This document shows, in pieces, positions 37,514-47,226 of a stretch of 64,000 nucleotides of DNA (positions are counted from its first letter, which is position 1; every line of letters begins with the position of its first letter). The notes under the pieces were generated by a model. The model was not told where the DNA came from. It saw only the letters and a list, made by a program, of their open reading frames with translations, and ran no database searches. The position numbers and the translations under genes were made by a program. The DNA lies in the IMG/VR virus record IMGVR_UViG_3300027763_001732. The stretch is one strand, 5' to 3'. This DNA comes from an uncultured virus (IMG/VR IMGVR_UViG_3300027763_001732) (lineage: Duplodnaviria > Heunggongvirae > Uroviricota > Caudoviricetes).

Positions 37514-39601
37514 TTAGAATGATTTAACTGCCATTACACCAATGCTGTTAGCTGTATTGCCAGCAATGCCCGAGACATTAAATTGTCGAGCTACTCGAAT
37601 GTTCACGCTGTCATAGCCTTTACCAATTACAGTATAACCCAATACCAAATCCATGGGCTTGACTTGAGCTCGCAGACTGATTGTTTCTGTACTAACAATA
37701 GCCCTAGCATCTGCACCGTCACCATTGTCTGTGAACTCGTAGCCTGTGACACCTGTAACTGTTGCCGAGCCATTTCGCACACCTACAGGACTAACTACAC
37801 TTAGGCTTAGTGCATCTTTGCTTTGGAACACATTGTTCTTGGCAACACCCATTCTCCAAGTGTCACTGTTAATACGATTACCAAGTTGGATCATGCTATC
37901 TGCCACACTTCCGGTGCGAGTAACACCAAATCCATAACTACCAAATACCGCAACATCACCAAACTTATGTTCAGTGCCTAATTGCAAATAACTTGTACTA
38001 CTGTCACCCAATGCCATTGCACCTGCACCATAGTTACCAAGAAAGCCTGCCTTTTCTGTCATTGCACCAAACTGCACACTATAGCTGGCGCCTTGTTCAC
38101 TGTAAGTAATCTCACTGGCATTGCCTGCCTGACTCTGCATCATTTTAATGCTGTAGTTTTCATTTACTGGCACAGACATTTCATTATAACCCACAGGGCT
38201 CATTGCCAAATAAGAACTAGAACTGCGATATGTAGCCACAGGATTTGCTACCACTGCCCGAGTCATGTCCAATGTATAATTGCGATTATAACTGTCCAAG
38301 CCTTGTACATTTTTCAGCACACTACTAGAATTAATACTAGCACTGCCGCTGGATGCAATACCTGTGGATGACAACGGAGTTGCACTTGCATATCCTTTAA
38401 AGTTAGCAATCTTCAACAAACCCTGTGGCTGAGTGGCTTTATCAAAATTAACCATACCCCAACCATAAACTTCATCTACACCTTTAGCACCCAAGTCAGT
38501 GGCAGTAGTTTTAACCAACTGGACAATCTGTGCGGCACTGAGCTGTGGCCACGCTTGCTTAATAATCGCAATGCCGCCGGTTACAATCGCTGTTGCTTGA
38601 CTTGTACCAGAAACAAGAGTGCCAGCAAGAGTTTCTGCCGCATTACTCTTGTCATATGCTACTGCAACAAAGTCACCTTTCAGTGAAGAGCCGCCAGGAG
38701 CAACAACATAAAAATCTTTCACACTATATAGATCTTTACATGCACCTGCAACCACGTTAGTACAGATACTACCTGCACGATTACTATAAGAAGCAATATT
38801 GTTGTTGGCGTCGACCGCACCAACAATCAACCAACGACCACCAAACAACAATTCACCTTTGTCATTTGTAGCAGTGGCAAAAGCACCCGGATAGCCTGAA
38901 TACGCCAGTCCTTGATTGCCGGCGGCCGCAACAATAACACTAGTTGTATTGGTTGATGTAAAATATGTCTTTAGTGTGTCTACTTTACCATACATCGCAC
39001 TAGATGTTGCGCTACCTTGATAAAAATCAGTGTTGCCGATCCGTTTAGTACCATTAACGTAATCTACATTAAAGGCAGAACTAAAGCTCATATTAACTGC
39101 AACTGCTTTATTTTCTCCAGCCCAGTTTAATGCTCGAATAACTGCGACATCGTCAATTTGTGGCATTCTGCCGCCTTGACCTGCCTGTGCAAGTAGCAAG
39201 GTTGCATCATATGCAACACCCACTGTACCTACACCAGCGCCATATCGGCCTGCGGCAATACTTGACATTGCCGTGCCATGCTCGCCCCAACCAGTGTTGG
39301 CGGCACTGATAGAACCTACATAAAAGTTTTTATAGCTACCAACAGCGCCTTTTAAATCGTATGTACCCAAGTCAAATCCGTTGTCAATGATAGCTATACT
39401 AACTCCTTTACCTGTATAGCCACGCGACCATGCTTCTGGCGCACCAACTCTGTTTAATACAGTTTGGATCTGATATTGTTCAATGCTACTATAGCGTTTT
39501 CCATTTGGAGCTAGGTATTCTTGGGCAGGTGGAGTTTGTGCTTGCACACTTCCAGCCAATGCCAAAACTGCTACTGCTACGAGAGTGGGTTTGAATTTCA
39601 T
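37514..39601 (-). CDS. Secreted S8 subtilisin-like protease with C-terminal beta-barrel-like domain
   Basis: Signal peptide; IIDNG, HGTAMS, AAGN, SGTSQAT; amphipathic strands ending in Phe. Confidence 0.88.
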   Translation of the reverse strand: MKFKPTLVAVAVLALAGSVQAQTPPAQEYLAPNGKRYSSIEQYQIQTVLNRVGAPEAWSRGYTGKGVSIAIIDNGFDLGTYDLKGAVGSYKNFYVGSISAANTGWGEHGTAMSSIAAGRYGAGVGTVGVAYDATLLLAQAGQGGRMPQIDDVAVIRALNWAGENKAVAVNMSFSSAFNVDYVNGTKRIGNTDFYQGSATSSAMYGKVDTLKTYFTSTNTTSVIVAAAGNQGLAYSGYPGAFATATNDKGELLFGGRWLIVGAVDANNNIASYSNRAGSICTNVVAGACKDLYSVKDFYVVAPGGSSLKGDFVAVAYDKSNAAETLAGTLVSGTSQATAIVTGGIAIIKQAWPQLSAAQIVQLVKTTATDLGAKGVDEVYGWGMVNFDKATQPQGLLKIANFKGYASATPLSSTGIASSGSASINSSSVLKNVQGLDSYNRNYTLDMTRAVVANPVATYRSSSSYLAMSPVGYNEMSVPVNENYSIKMMQSQAGNASEITYSEQGASYSVQFGAMTEKAGFLGNYGAGAMALGDSSTSYLQLGTEHKFGDVAVFGSYGFGVTRTGSVADSMIQLGNRINSDTWRMGVAKNNVFQSKDALSLSVVSPVGVRNGSATVTGVTGYEFTDNGDGADARAIVSTETISLRAQVKPMDLVLGYTVIGKGYDSVNIRVARQFNVSGIAGNTANSIGVMAVKSF

Positions 39602-39630
39602 TTGAATTCCTTATGTTGTTTAACAAAGTT

Positions 39631-39659
39631 ATTATAACACGATGCCCAATTAACATCAA
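39631..39659 (-). promoter_or_regulatory. sigma70-type promoter overlapped by inverted repeat ACGATGCCCA/TGGGCATCGT
   Basis: TTGATG-17-TATAAT; the hairpin may terminate the upstream gene. Confidence 0.6.
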
Positions 39660-39679
39660 TTAACTGGGCATCGTTTAGT

Positions 39680-40756
39680 TTAGCACACTTCTGCACGTTT
39701 CAAAATTGTTGTCTCTGCAAGACGTTTCCAGTTATGCTCACTCATCTTACGCAGGTCTGCAATCTTCAAAACTGTACGCAAGCTCAGTTCACGCAAACGA
39801 GTTTTCATTTCCCACATGTAGTCCACAATCTCTTGTGCGGCTCCATCTTCAAAATCATAACTGTCCAACATACCATCACGTACAATCTGTTTAATACGCA
39901 GGAATTTGTCACGTTGTGTGTCCATTGTCAAGTCCAAATAGTGGCAACGGCTTTCCAGCGCATCCAAATGGTCTTTCAATTTCTTACTGCGAACGTGCTC
40001 AAACTTAATGTTAGTGATAAAAATCACACTACCTTTAAATTCAAAACGATCCGGAATGCCTTCGCGACCCAACATACTAGAATCTGTGTTCCAAGAAATA
40101 TAACGTTTCTTAGAACTGTCCAATGCGGCTTTCAAAATGTTCAGCGACAAGTCGTCAAGCAAGATGCTGTCACAGTCATCAAACACTAACACGTTGCCTT
40201 CATCTGAGAACTTGTAAAGTTTAGCATACAGTCCTAGTGCAGACATTGCACCCTTAACAACTTCAAAACGGTTCTTGCGGTTTGCCATCTTGTCAAACAA
40301 ACTAGCCTGCTCAAGCACCTTCTCAACTCCAAAGGATTTACCTACGCCTGGAGGGCCACTGACAATCATAGCACGAACTGCACCAGTGGTGGTGCCTTCT
40401 GCCATTTGATCTAGAATATCAAAACGTTCACGAATACGTTCGATGGCCTGTTCGTCTGTTTCTGTGTACACTTCTGGCTCTTTAGTAGTTACCAAAGAAA
40501 ACACATTCTCATCTTTATTTGCTTTGCGACGCTGACTATCTGACATGTCAGCAATAGTTTGACCACTCACAGTGATATCCTCCATTGTTTTAACTTTAAC
40601 ACGAACACTCTTGCCTTTATAGCCAAGAGTACCATCATCTTGAACTGTCACGTACATACCTTTGCTACCAGACTTAATGTCTGATACCAAGCGGAAAGTT
40701 TGGTTACGAACTTTAGTGCCACGATACTCGCCTGCAAAAATAGTTACATTAGCCAT
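39680..40756 (-). CDS. AAA+ ATPase
   Basis: GPPGVGKS, VFDDCD, IFITN, ALESR. Confidence 0.85.
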   Translation of the reverse strand: MANVTIFAGEYRGTKVRNQTFRLVSDIKSGSKGMYVTVQDDGTLGYKGKSVRVKVKTMEDITVSGQTIADMSDSQRRKANKDENVFSLVTTKEPEVYTETDEQAIERIRERFDILDQMAEGTTTGAVRAMIVSGPPGVGKSFGVEKVLEQASLFDKMANRKNRFEVVKGAMSALGLYAKLYKFSDEGNVLVFDDCDSILLDDLSLNILKAALDSSKKRYISWNTDSSMLGREGIPDRFEFKGSVIFITNIKFEHVRSKKLKDHLDALESRCHYLDLTMDTQRDKFLRIKQIVRDGMLDSYDFEDGAAQEIVDYMWEMKTRLRELSLRTVLKIADLRKMSEHNWKRLAETTILKRAEVC

Positions 40757-40790
40757 TTGTAAAACTCCTGTTTTGTTAATCTATGTATGT

Positions 40791-40819
40791 ATTATAGCAC
40801 TGAAACCAATTTGTGTCAA
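40791..40819 (-). promoter_or_regulatory. sigma70 consensus promoter
   Basis: TTGACA-17-TATAAT followed by ACATACATAG. Confidence 0.85.
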
Positions 40820-41040
40820 TTAATCACTGCTACTTTGAACATTTGTAAGCTGGCATTATCAGCACAAATTGTAGTATGAGTGTCAAATTTAGCACCATTT
40901 TGTGCTGGAACAAAAAGTGTAACAAAAGTATTAAGAAATCCAGGCTTTGCTGTAGGAGTAATTTTGATGTTAACTACTTCTGCATTACGGGTACCTGCGG
41001 CACTTGTATAAACAATTTTAGTTCCGATTGCTAGTTCCAT
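40816..41040 (-). CDS. Small hypothetical early protein
   Basis: AAGGAG RBS; bracketed by duplicated promoter modules. Confidence 0.65.
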   Translation of the reverse strand: MELAIGTKIVYTSAAGTRNAEVVNIKITPTAKPGFLNTFVTLFVPAQNGAKFDTHTTICADNASLQMFKVAVIN

Positions 41041-41071
41041 TTTGGACTCCTTTTTGTTTCGCTATGTATGT

Positions 41072-41100
41072 ATTATAGCAAAGAATCCAATTTATGTCAA
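41072..41100 (-). promoter_or_regulatory. sigma70 consensus promoter
   Basis: TTGACA-17-TATAAT followed by ACATACATAG. Confidence 0.85.
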
Positions 41101-41562
41101 TTAACCCAAAGTAGTGTCGTCCATGCCCGCTACACGTAGTTTGACAATGTTGGTGATTTGCCATTGTTTAACGTCAATGGCTTTCATGATACCAAGGTAC
41201 TTGTTACGAATCATAGCAAACTCATTTACAAGAATTTGCCATTCAATTACTTCGTCATCTCCGTCAACGTACTTGTCAGCACTACGGTCACTGAGTGCTC
41301 TGTTATAACTCTCAGTATATTTCCTAAACATCTCACTGCGTTTTTTTCGTAGTTGGATGTTTAGGAATTCCAGTATAGCTTCGACTTCTTGCAATTGGTT
41401 AAATCTGTGTTCTACTATTCCAGGCATAAGTCTAGAGTTTGTTTCCAAGTTGCCTTTGATACTAGTTTCAATTCTAGAATCTTGTAACTCGGCTTCATAG
41501 TAGGCAATCGCACCTGGCAACTCGCCTAAGTTGCCAGTAACACGTCTATACCAATCGCTCAT
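41101..41562 (-). CDS. uvsY: Recombination mediator UvsY-like
   Basis: Helical protein with KYVDGDDE and W.I.NIVKLR, near uvsX. Confidence 0.7.
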   Translation of the reverse strand: MSDWYRRVTGNLGELPGAIAYYEAELQDSRIETSIKGNLETNSRLMPGIVEHRFNQLQEVEAILEFLNIQLRKKRSEMFRKYTESYNRALSDRSADKYVDGDDEVIEWQILVNEFAMIRNKYLGIMKAIDVKQWQITNIVKLRVAGMDDTTLG

Positions 41563-41834
41563 TCTTCGTCGTAGTCGGAATCGTAATTATCTTCTTCGTA
41601 GTCATCGTCTTCGTCGACAATGTCGTTGGCAGTATATAAGTCTTTAATTACTGTGTCCAATGTACTGTCATTGCCAAGAAGTTCTTCTGCAACACTATCC
41701 ATTTCATAGTGATTTTCCAAACTACGCAGTAATGCACAAGCGGCATCATAGCGTTCTTTCTTGTCAATGTAAGTTTTGACAGTGGCCCATACATCTACAA
41801 TTAAATTAACTTGATCATCATGAAGCATCTTCAA
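41559..41834 (-). CDS. Acidic-tailed hypothetical protein
   Basis: Overlaps both neighbours. Confidence 0.6.
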   Translation of the reverse strand: MKMLHDDQVNLIVDVWATVKTYIDKKERYDAACALLRSLENHYEMDSVAEELLGNDSTLDTVIKDLYTANDIVDEDDDYEEDNYDSDYDEE

Positions 41835-42888
41835 TCTCCTCGCTGGTTGGTTCTGCTGTATTTACATCTGCTGTCAGATCTCTAAGCATGATATCTGCCA
41901 TTACTTTGTCCAAAAGCTCATTGGTCCATGCTTTACGCATTGCTTTAAAGACTTCGCCTTCTTTAGTTGTATAAAGATAGCTGTTGCCCTCACGCTTCAA
42001 GCTGCCACGTTCTTCCAGCAAGTCAAACAATCCGCTGTAAGGACTCATACCTGTTGCATATGGAATTTGTACATGAACTGATTCGAAAGGTTTAGCATAA
42101 CGAGTTTTCATAATCTTACAACTGGCACGAATACCGTTGACTGTTGTGGTTTTATTACCATCTTCGTCTAACTTTAACTTTAGTTTACGCATAGCAACAA
42201 CAATAGAGCTGGCATAGATAAAGCCCTGTCCGCCTGAAATCTTGTCGTCTGGGTCAAACATGTCTTGGCTAGCGTATGTATGATTAGTACATACCATACC
42301 AATATTCATATTGCCAAACATATTAACACAGTTACGAACCAAACTAGTCAATGCCTTGGGCTTACGACCCATGTCACCTTTCATGTCACCTGCTTGGAAC
42401 TGATTAACGTCTGTGGGTGTTAACAACATGCCCAAGCTATCAATGACAAACAATACTTTAGGACGAGCATCTTCTGGCAGTGTTTTATAGTCTGCTACGA
42501 ACTTAGTAATAGTCATAGCCACATCATCGATCATGGCCATATTAAGTTTAAGCAACTTATCCTCGCCAGTGTTTACACCCAGTGCATGAAGCCATGCTTC
42601 GTCTAGAGCGTTTTCTGTGTCAATCAGTACAACATAAATGCCCTGCTCTTGTGCATGACGAATCAAGTTACCTGAGCAGATATAACTCTTACCTGCGCCA
42701 GATTCTCCGGCAAACACAGTGACCTTGCCCATAGGAACACCTTTGAAAAAGTCTCCGCTGATCAAATAGTTTAATGTATAGTTACCTGTGCTAACCCAAT
42801 CAGTTGGGTCATTGAAACCAATGCTAAGACCTTCAATGCTCTTAGTGATTTCTTTTCTAAATTTACTTACGTCAAATGGTTTTGTCAT
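41818..42888 (-). CDS. uvsX: RecA-like recombinase UvsX
   Basis: STGN, AGESGAGKS, IDTENA, VIDSLG, SGGQG. Confidence 0.93.
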   Translation of the reverse strand: MTKPFDVSKFRKEITKSIEGLSIGFNDPTDWVSTGNYTLNYLISGDFFKGVPMGKVTVFAGESGAGKSYICSGNLIRHAQEQGIYVVLIDTENALDEAWLHALGVNTGEDKLLKLNMAMIDDVAMTITKFVADYKTLPEDARPKVLFVIDSLGMLLTPTDVNQFQAGDMKGDMGRKPKALTSLVRNCVNMFGNMNIGMVCTNHTYASQDMFDPDDKISGGQGFIYASSIVVAMRKLKLKLDEDGNKTTTVNGIRASCKIMKTRYAKPFESVHVQIPYATGMSPYSGLFDLLEERGSLKREGNSYLYTTKEGEVFKAMRKAWTNELLDKVMADIMLRDLTADVNTAEPTSEEIEDAS

Positions 42889-43132
42889 TTTGTTCTTCCT
42901 TTTGTTCTATTTTATATACTTCTAGCATCCTTGTCAAAGGTTCCATTTTCTCTTGAAACACATCGGGCGCTTTATCTGCGGCACATTTCATATCCCATGC
43001 ACTGGGATAATGACGCAAACAGTATCTTGCACCGTCTTTAATTGATTTAGGAACTCGCGGAGTAGACAGAACTTCTTTCAAGAACTTTTCTGTCTGTACC
43101 ACTGCACGATATCTTTCGTCTGGTAATGTCAT
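42872..43132 (-). CDS. BPSL0761-like hypothetical protein
   Basis: MTLPDERYRAV..TPRVP..LRHYP. Confidence 0.6.
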   Translation of the reverse strand: MTLPDERYRAVVQTEKFLKEVLSTPRVPKSIKDGARYCLRHYPSAWDMKCAADKAPDVFQEKMEPLTRMLEVYKIEQKEEQNDKTI

Positions 43133-43228
43133 ATCTTTATTAGTTAATAAACGTTTCTTCTGCATAGAAGAACCCGGGCGATACAATAACCATTTACCGG
43201 TTAGTTATCGCAGAGGCCCGGGCCATAT

Positions 43229-44242
43229 TTACTTTTGTTGACGATTGCGAATCATTGCAAGAATGTCATTGACATTCTTTTTGCCTTCTGGCGCGGCTGT
43301 TTCGGCAACTTCAAAAGGTGCGTCATCTTCGTCATCAACTATTGCTGGCTTTGCTGCCGCTACAGGAGCAGGGCGAGCTGCCGGAGCTGGTGCTTTGAAG
43401 CTTGCCTCAGCGGCATCAACATCTGATGCCACACCCAAGTTACCAAGATTTACACCTGCGGGTTTGAAGTATTGACCCCAACGCTTGGGATCATACAGCT
43501 CGCCATCAACGCTGGCTTTGAACATGTCATAAATGACGTCAACTTCTTCTTTAGTTGGCTTTTTAGGCATAAAGTCATTTAAGTTGAACAAGTTGTGATC
43601 TGCAATAGCTTGCAGTTCTACTTCGTTCAAACCACGTTCTTTACGGGCAAAGCTACTTGTGCTGTAGTCTGCGTATTGACCTTTTGTAGTCTTTGTTAAA
43701 CGGAAGTCTGTGCCATTCTCGTAGTCTGTAAACAGATTATCCATTTCTGGATCCATCAACGCACCTTTAACAATGTTAAAGATACTTGGGTTGATAATCA
43801 AACGACGGATTGGGTTTTCCGGTTGCACATCTTCTTGTAGCTTTGTATCTACAACAAAGCCTTGGAAAACATAAGATTTTTTCTTCCAGTACTTACGACC
43901 CAAGTCTTCCAAAGATTTATCTTTGAACCAAGGACGAATCTCTGCGTGGATAGGACAAGTCTCTTTCCACATTTCCATGCAAGGAACTGTTACAGTTACT
44001 TTCTTACTTTCGTCTCCACCTAGAACTCCTGCGAACTCTAGTCGGATCATTTGACGCTCTCTCCATGGGAAAGTGTTAGTGTCATCTCCATCTGGAAGGA
44101 AACGTAGTACTGTTGTTGAGTTTTCGGGAATATTCCAGAACGGAAAGATTCCATTGTCGCCCTGTGAGCGATTGTTTGTGCCGCTTTGACGTGTGTCTTG
44201 CTCAAGTAAGCGAGCGCGGATTTCTGCTAGTGATGTTGCCAT
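43229..44242 (-). CDS. Single-stranded DNA-binding protein (gp32-like)
   Basis: LRFLP, CPI, YWKKKSY, G.DF.L.K, ADYSTS, acidic tail. Confidence 0.88.
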   Translation of the reverse strand: MATSLAEIRARLLEQDTRQSGTNNRSQGDNGIFPFWNIPENSTTVLRFLPDGDDTNTFPWRERQMIRLEFAGVLGGDESKKVTVTVPCMEMWKETCPIHAEIRPWFKDKSLEDLGRKYWKKKSYVFQGFVVDTKLQEDVQPENPIRRLIINPSIFNIVKGALMDPEMDNLFTDYENGTDFRLTKTTKGQYADYSTSSFARKERGLNEVELQAIADHNLFNLNDFMPKKPTKEEVDVIYDMFKASVDGELYDPKRWGQYFKPAGVNLGNLGVASDVDAAEASFKAPAPAARPAPVAAAKPAIVDDEDDAPFEVAETAAPEGKKNVNDILAMIRNRQQK

Positions 44243-44322
44243 AATAAATTTTCCTTATTAAAAATGCCAGGGTTAAAAAAAGTTTGTTGCCTGGAACACA
44301 AGATACTCTCATCTTGTGAACA

Positions 44323-44352
44323 ATTATAACACTCTATTAAGTGCTATGTCAA
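44323..44352 (-). promoter_or_regulatory. sigma70-type promoter for the ssb-uvsX operon
   Basis: TTGACA-18-TATAAT. Confidence 0.7.
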
Positions 44353-44400
44353 CAGCAATTTTTCCTTTTGGATGAATTGCTGTTGAAAATATTTATATTC

Positions 44401-45669
44401 TTATTTCAGTATTTCTTTTAACGTGAACTTGGCCATAACCGATTCGAATACTTGATCCACTGTATTCAATTGATGTACAATTTTGTAATTGGATTCTTTA
44501 ACTTGACTCTTACCAATAATGCTACGAGTTAAGTTTTCGACTTCCATGGCATCCAATTTGCCTTCACGTACATATTCGGATACACGAGTTAAACGAGTTT
44601 TTACTTCTTCATCTTCTAGCACTGGTAAAACCATGTTGATTAGTTCGGTGGTATTGATAGTTGGGCTTTCGTAGACCATCATGCTCATCATATCTAAATC
44701 TGGAATAGCACTAACTTGGATTGATGTTGATTCTTCTACTTGTTGTTTTAGAGTTTCGAGTTCTTGTTGAGCTTCCATTTGTTGTTGATATTGTTTTACA
44801 TAGCCATTTAGTTTTGGTAATAGTGTGCCAATGCTTTCGTCAAAGACGTTTTTAGTTAGTTTTTCTTGTAGTGCTTCCAGATTTGTTTCATCGGCTTCGG
44901 ATTTATCTTCCATAAATCTTGTTGGGTTATATCTGCCCAATAGGCCTTTAATTTCGCTGAGACGTCGAGAGACTGCAAATTGTACATCACCAGCTTGTTC
45001 TTGCAAGCCTTGGCTCTTAATGTACTTGGATACCTGTGAAAGTTGATTGCGTTCTTCACTTAGCCCGATGATCTTTTGTCCAACTTCATCGTAGGGTGTG
45101 CCGCCTTCGGCAACGTGTTGAGTCATAATACGAGCACCAGTTAAGTGATTGTGCGGATATTTGAATCTTTCACCCTGTGCGTTTTCAATAAACAATGCGC
45201 TGATGTTGCGACTACGACTGCCACGAACTTCTTCGTTGACAGCAGTGTTATGTCTAATGATTAGTTTAGCACCTTCGGTTTGTTGGTAACTAGTTTTAGT
45301 TGAACCCATTGTTGGGCTTAAACTCTCTTGGACTTTTGCCATGTTCTCTACATCCTTTAATTCTATTTCTTTGCCAGTGTACGGCAATCTATCTAATCCC
45401 AATGGAGGGTATTTCTTTGCTATAGCACCAATTGTATCTACTAACTTTTTGACCCGGGGCATGTCTGTACTTGTGCCGTACTTAAATTTGATAACATTGT
45501 CATCTTGATCTAATTCTACTGTAAACTTTTGATCTTTACTGTAAAAACTACGTCCTTGTTTAGCGTTGGCGGTTTGTCGACCTTTATCATCAAAGATGAT
45601 AATGTCGTGACCAAAGCCTTTAAGTTGGTCAAATATTCTGTCTGCAACTGCGTTGTAATCTATAGCCAT
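44401..45669 (-). CDS. Head-region hypothetical protein
   Basis: 422 aa downstream of terminase; TAAATA box. Confidence 0.65.
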   Translation of the reverse strand: MAIDYNAVADRIFDQLKGFGHDIIIFDDKGRQTANAKQGRSFYSKDQKFTVELDQDDNVIKFKYGTSTDMPRVKKLVDTIGAIAKKYPPLGLDRLPYTGKEIELKDVENMAKVQESLSPTMGSTKTSYQQTEGAKLIIRHNTAVNEEVRGSRSRNISALFIENAQGERFKYPHNHLTGARIMTQHVAEGGTPYDEVGQKIIGLSEERNQLSQVSKYIKSQGLQEQAGDVQFAVSRRLSEIKGLLGRYNPTRFMEDKSEADETNLEALQEKLTKNVFDESIGTLLPKLNGYVKQYQQQMEAQQELETLKQQVEESTSIQVSAIPDLDMMSMMVYESPTINTTELINMVLPVLEDEEVKTRLTRVSEYVREGKLDAMEVENLTRSIIGKSQVKESNYKIVHQLNTVDQVFESVMAKFTLKEILK

Positions 45670-45690
45670 ACACTTATTTACCTATTTTAA

Positions 45691-47226
45691 TTAAATTATT
45701 CCAATTGGCATTGGCTGTAAATAATCGCCGCTGTTACGCTCGACTAATGTGTTATATGTTGCTTCGTCGTACTTCATAACGTATTCAATTAGCCTAACTG
45801 CTAGAATTGTACCCATGACCAAGTCATCAGTTTCGCCTTCTTTGGCAGCAAAGCTAGTTCCTTTGGCCACAAAGGTTTTTAGTTCTTGCACAAGACTCTT
45901 ACTTTTTGGATGCATTTTACTGCTTTCGATATAGTATTTTAATTTGGTACAAGCGGCTATTTTACTTTTATTTGTTGTGTTAAAGCCACGGCGTTTGGCG
46001 CCAGTTTCGCTGATAAAATGTCCAGCAATACGTTCTTCGCCATATTCTTGAATAGCAACTAGTGCGGCTTCGCCCAGTGTATTGTTTTCAACACTCCAGT
46101 AGATATTATCATTGCTCGCGCCTTTTTCACGTAACCAATCCAATATAGTAACAAAATTTCTAAGCTGGCCGCGGATGTCTGTTTTGTTATGTTGCCATTC
46201 TGCTACTTGAACCAGATCAGGCAAGCTGAAAATCTCGATGGCCGCGGCATCGCCGCCCGTGCCTAAACTAGGATCCCATGCAGCCACATATATTTTATCT
46301 TTGTCTATAGGAGTATATACTCGTAGTTGTCCCACTCGTTCATAGGGATCTTCTCCTTGCAAGTTTGTTAATACTAGACCACTGATCAATGTTTCATCTG
46401 CTGTGATGAACAAACATTCATGTTCACGCATGAAACGTTCATTGCCAATTTTACTGCGTTCATGATCTGCCCAAGCTTCATCTCTGTCTGGATGGTCGCT
46501 CCAAATGTACTTAATACTTTTAAATCCGTTTTTGCCGACTTCACGTTCATTGCCAAACTCGTCAAACTTTTTAATGGCATCATTCCAAATTTGTGCAAAC
46601 TGATCATTGTCTTGATTAGGTGTACTTGTAATAATACACTTACCGCCTGTTGACAGCGTTGGGCTTAGTGATGTCCAGAACTCTTTGGCAATACGTGGCG
46701 GAACGAAGGCAAACTCATCTAAGTATACCAGTGTAATACTCATACCACGACCAGTATTTTCTGTTGTTGTGGCGCTGACAATGCGACTGCCGTTGTCAAA
46801 ATCAATGCTACCTTTGTTATAACTCACTGCACCGGCTTTAATCCATTCGGGCAAACTTTCATACATGAAACGCACACGTTGCATGATCTCCTGCGAACCT
46901 GTGTATTTGTGTGCGGCAATGAGAATTGTCGAATCAGGAACAAACATAGCGAACCATAACAAATACCCTGCGGCACAGGTAGACTTGCCCATTTGTCGCC
47001 CAAGCATATTGATACTATACTTGTGATTTTGATAAGCGTTGATTAATTCTATTTGATAGTCGTAGAGTTCAAATTTGACACGACCTTTTGTGGGATGTTG
47101 AATCCACATGTACTCTCTGATAAAGTATATAGGATCAGTAGCGGATTTTACAATCTCCGCTATCTGATTCTCTGTATAATTTTCTTTTTTGTATGGCTGT
47201 TTTACTAAAACCGCTTGACCGCTCAT
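45691..47226 (-). CDS. terL: Terminase large subunit (T4 gp17-like)
   Basis: LYDYQ, RQMGKS, YLDEFAF, ITSTPN, WDPSLG, VENN, DDLVM. Confidence 0.96.
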   Translation of the reverse strand: MSGQAVLVKQPYKKENYTENQIAEIVKSATDPIYFIREYMWIQHPTKGRVKFELYDYQIELINAYQNHKYSINMLGRQMGKSTCAAGYLLWFAMFVPDSTILIAAHKYTGSQEIMQRVRFMYESLPEWIKAGAVSYNKGSIDFDNGSRIVSATTTENTGRGMSITLVYLDEFAFVPPRIAKEFWTSLSPTLSTGGKCIITSTPNQDNDQFAQIWNDAIKKFDEFGNEREVGKNGFKSIKYIWSDHPDRDEAWADHERSKIGNERFMREHECLFITADETLISGLVLTNLQGEDPYERVGQLRVYTPIDKDKIYVAAWDPSLGTGGDAAAIEIFSLPDLVQVAEWQHNKTDIRGQLRNFVTILDWLREKGASNDNIYWSVENNTLGEAALVAIQEYGEERIAGHFISETGAKRRGFNTTNKSKIAACTKLKYYIESSKMHPKSKSLVQELKTFVAKGTSFAAKEGETDDLVMGTILAVRLIEYVMKYDEATYNTLVERNSGDYLQPMPIGII

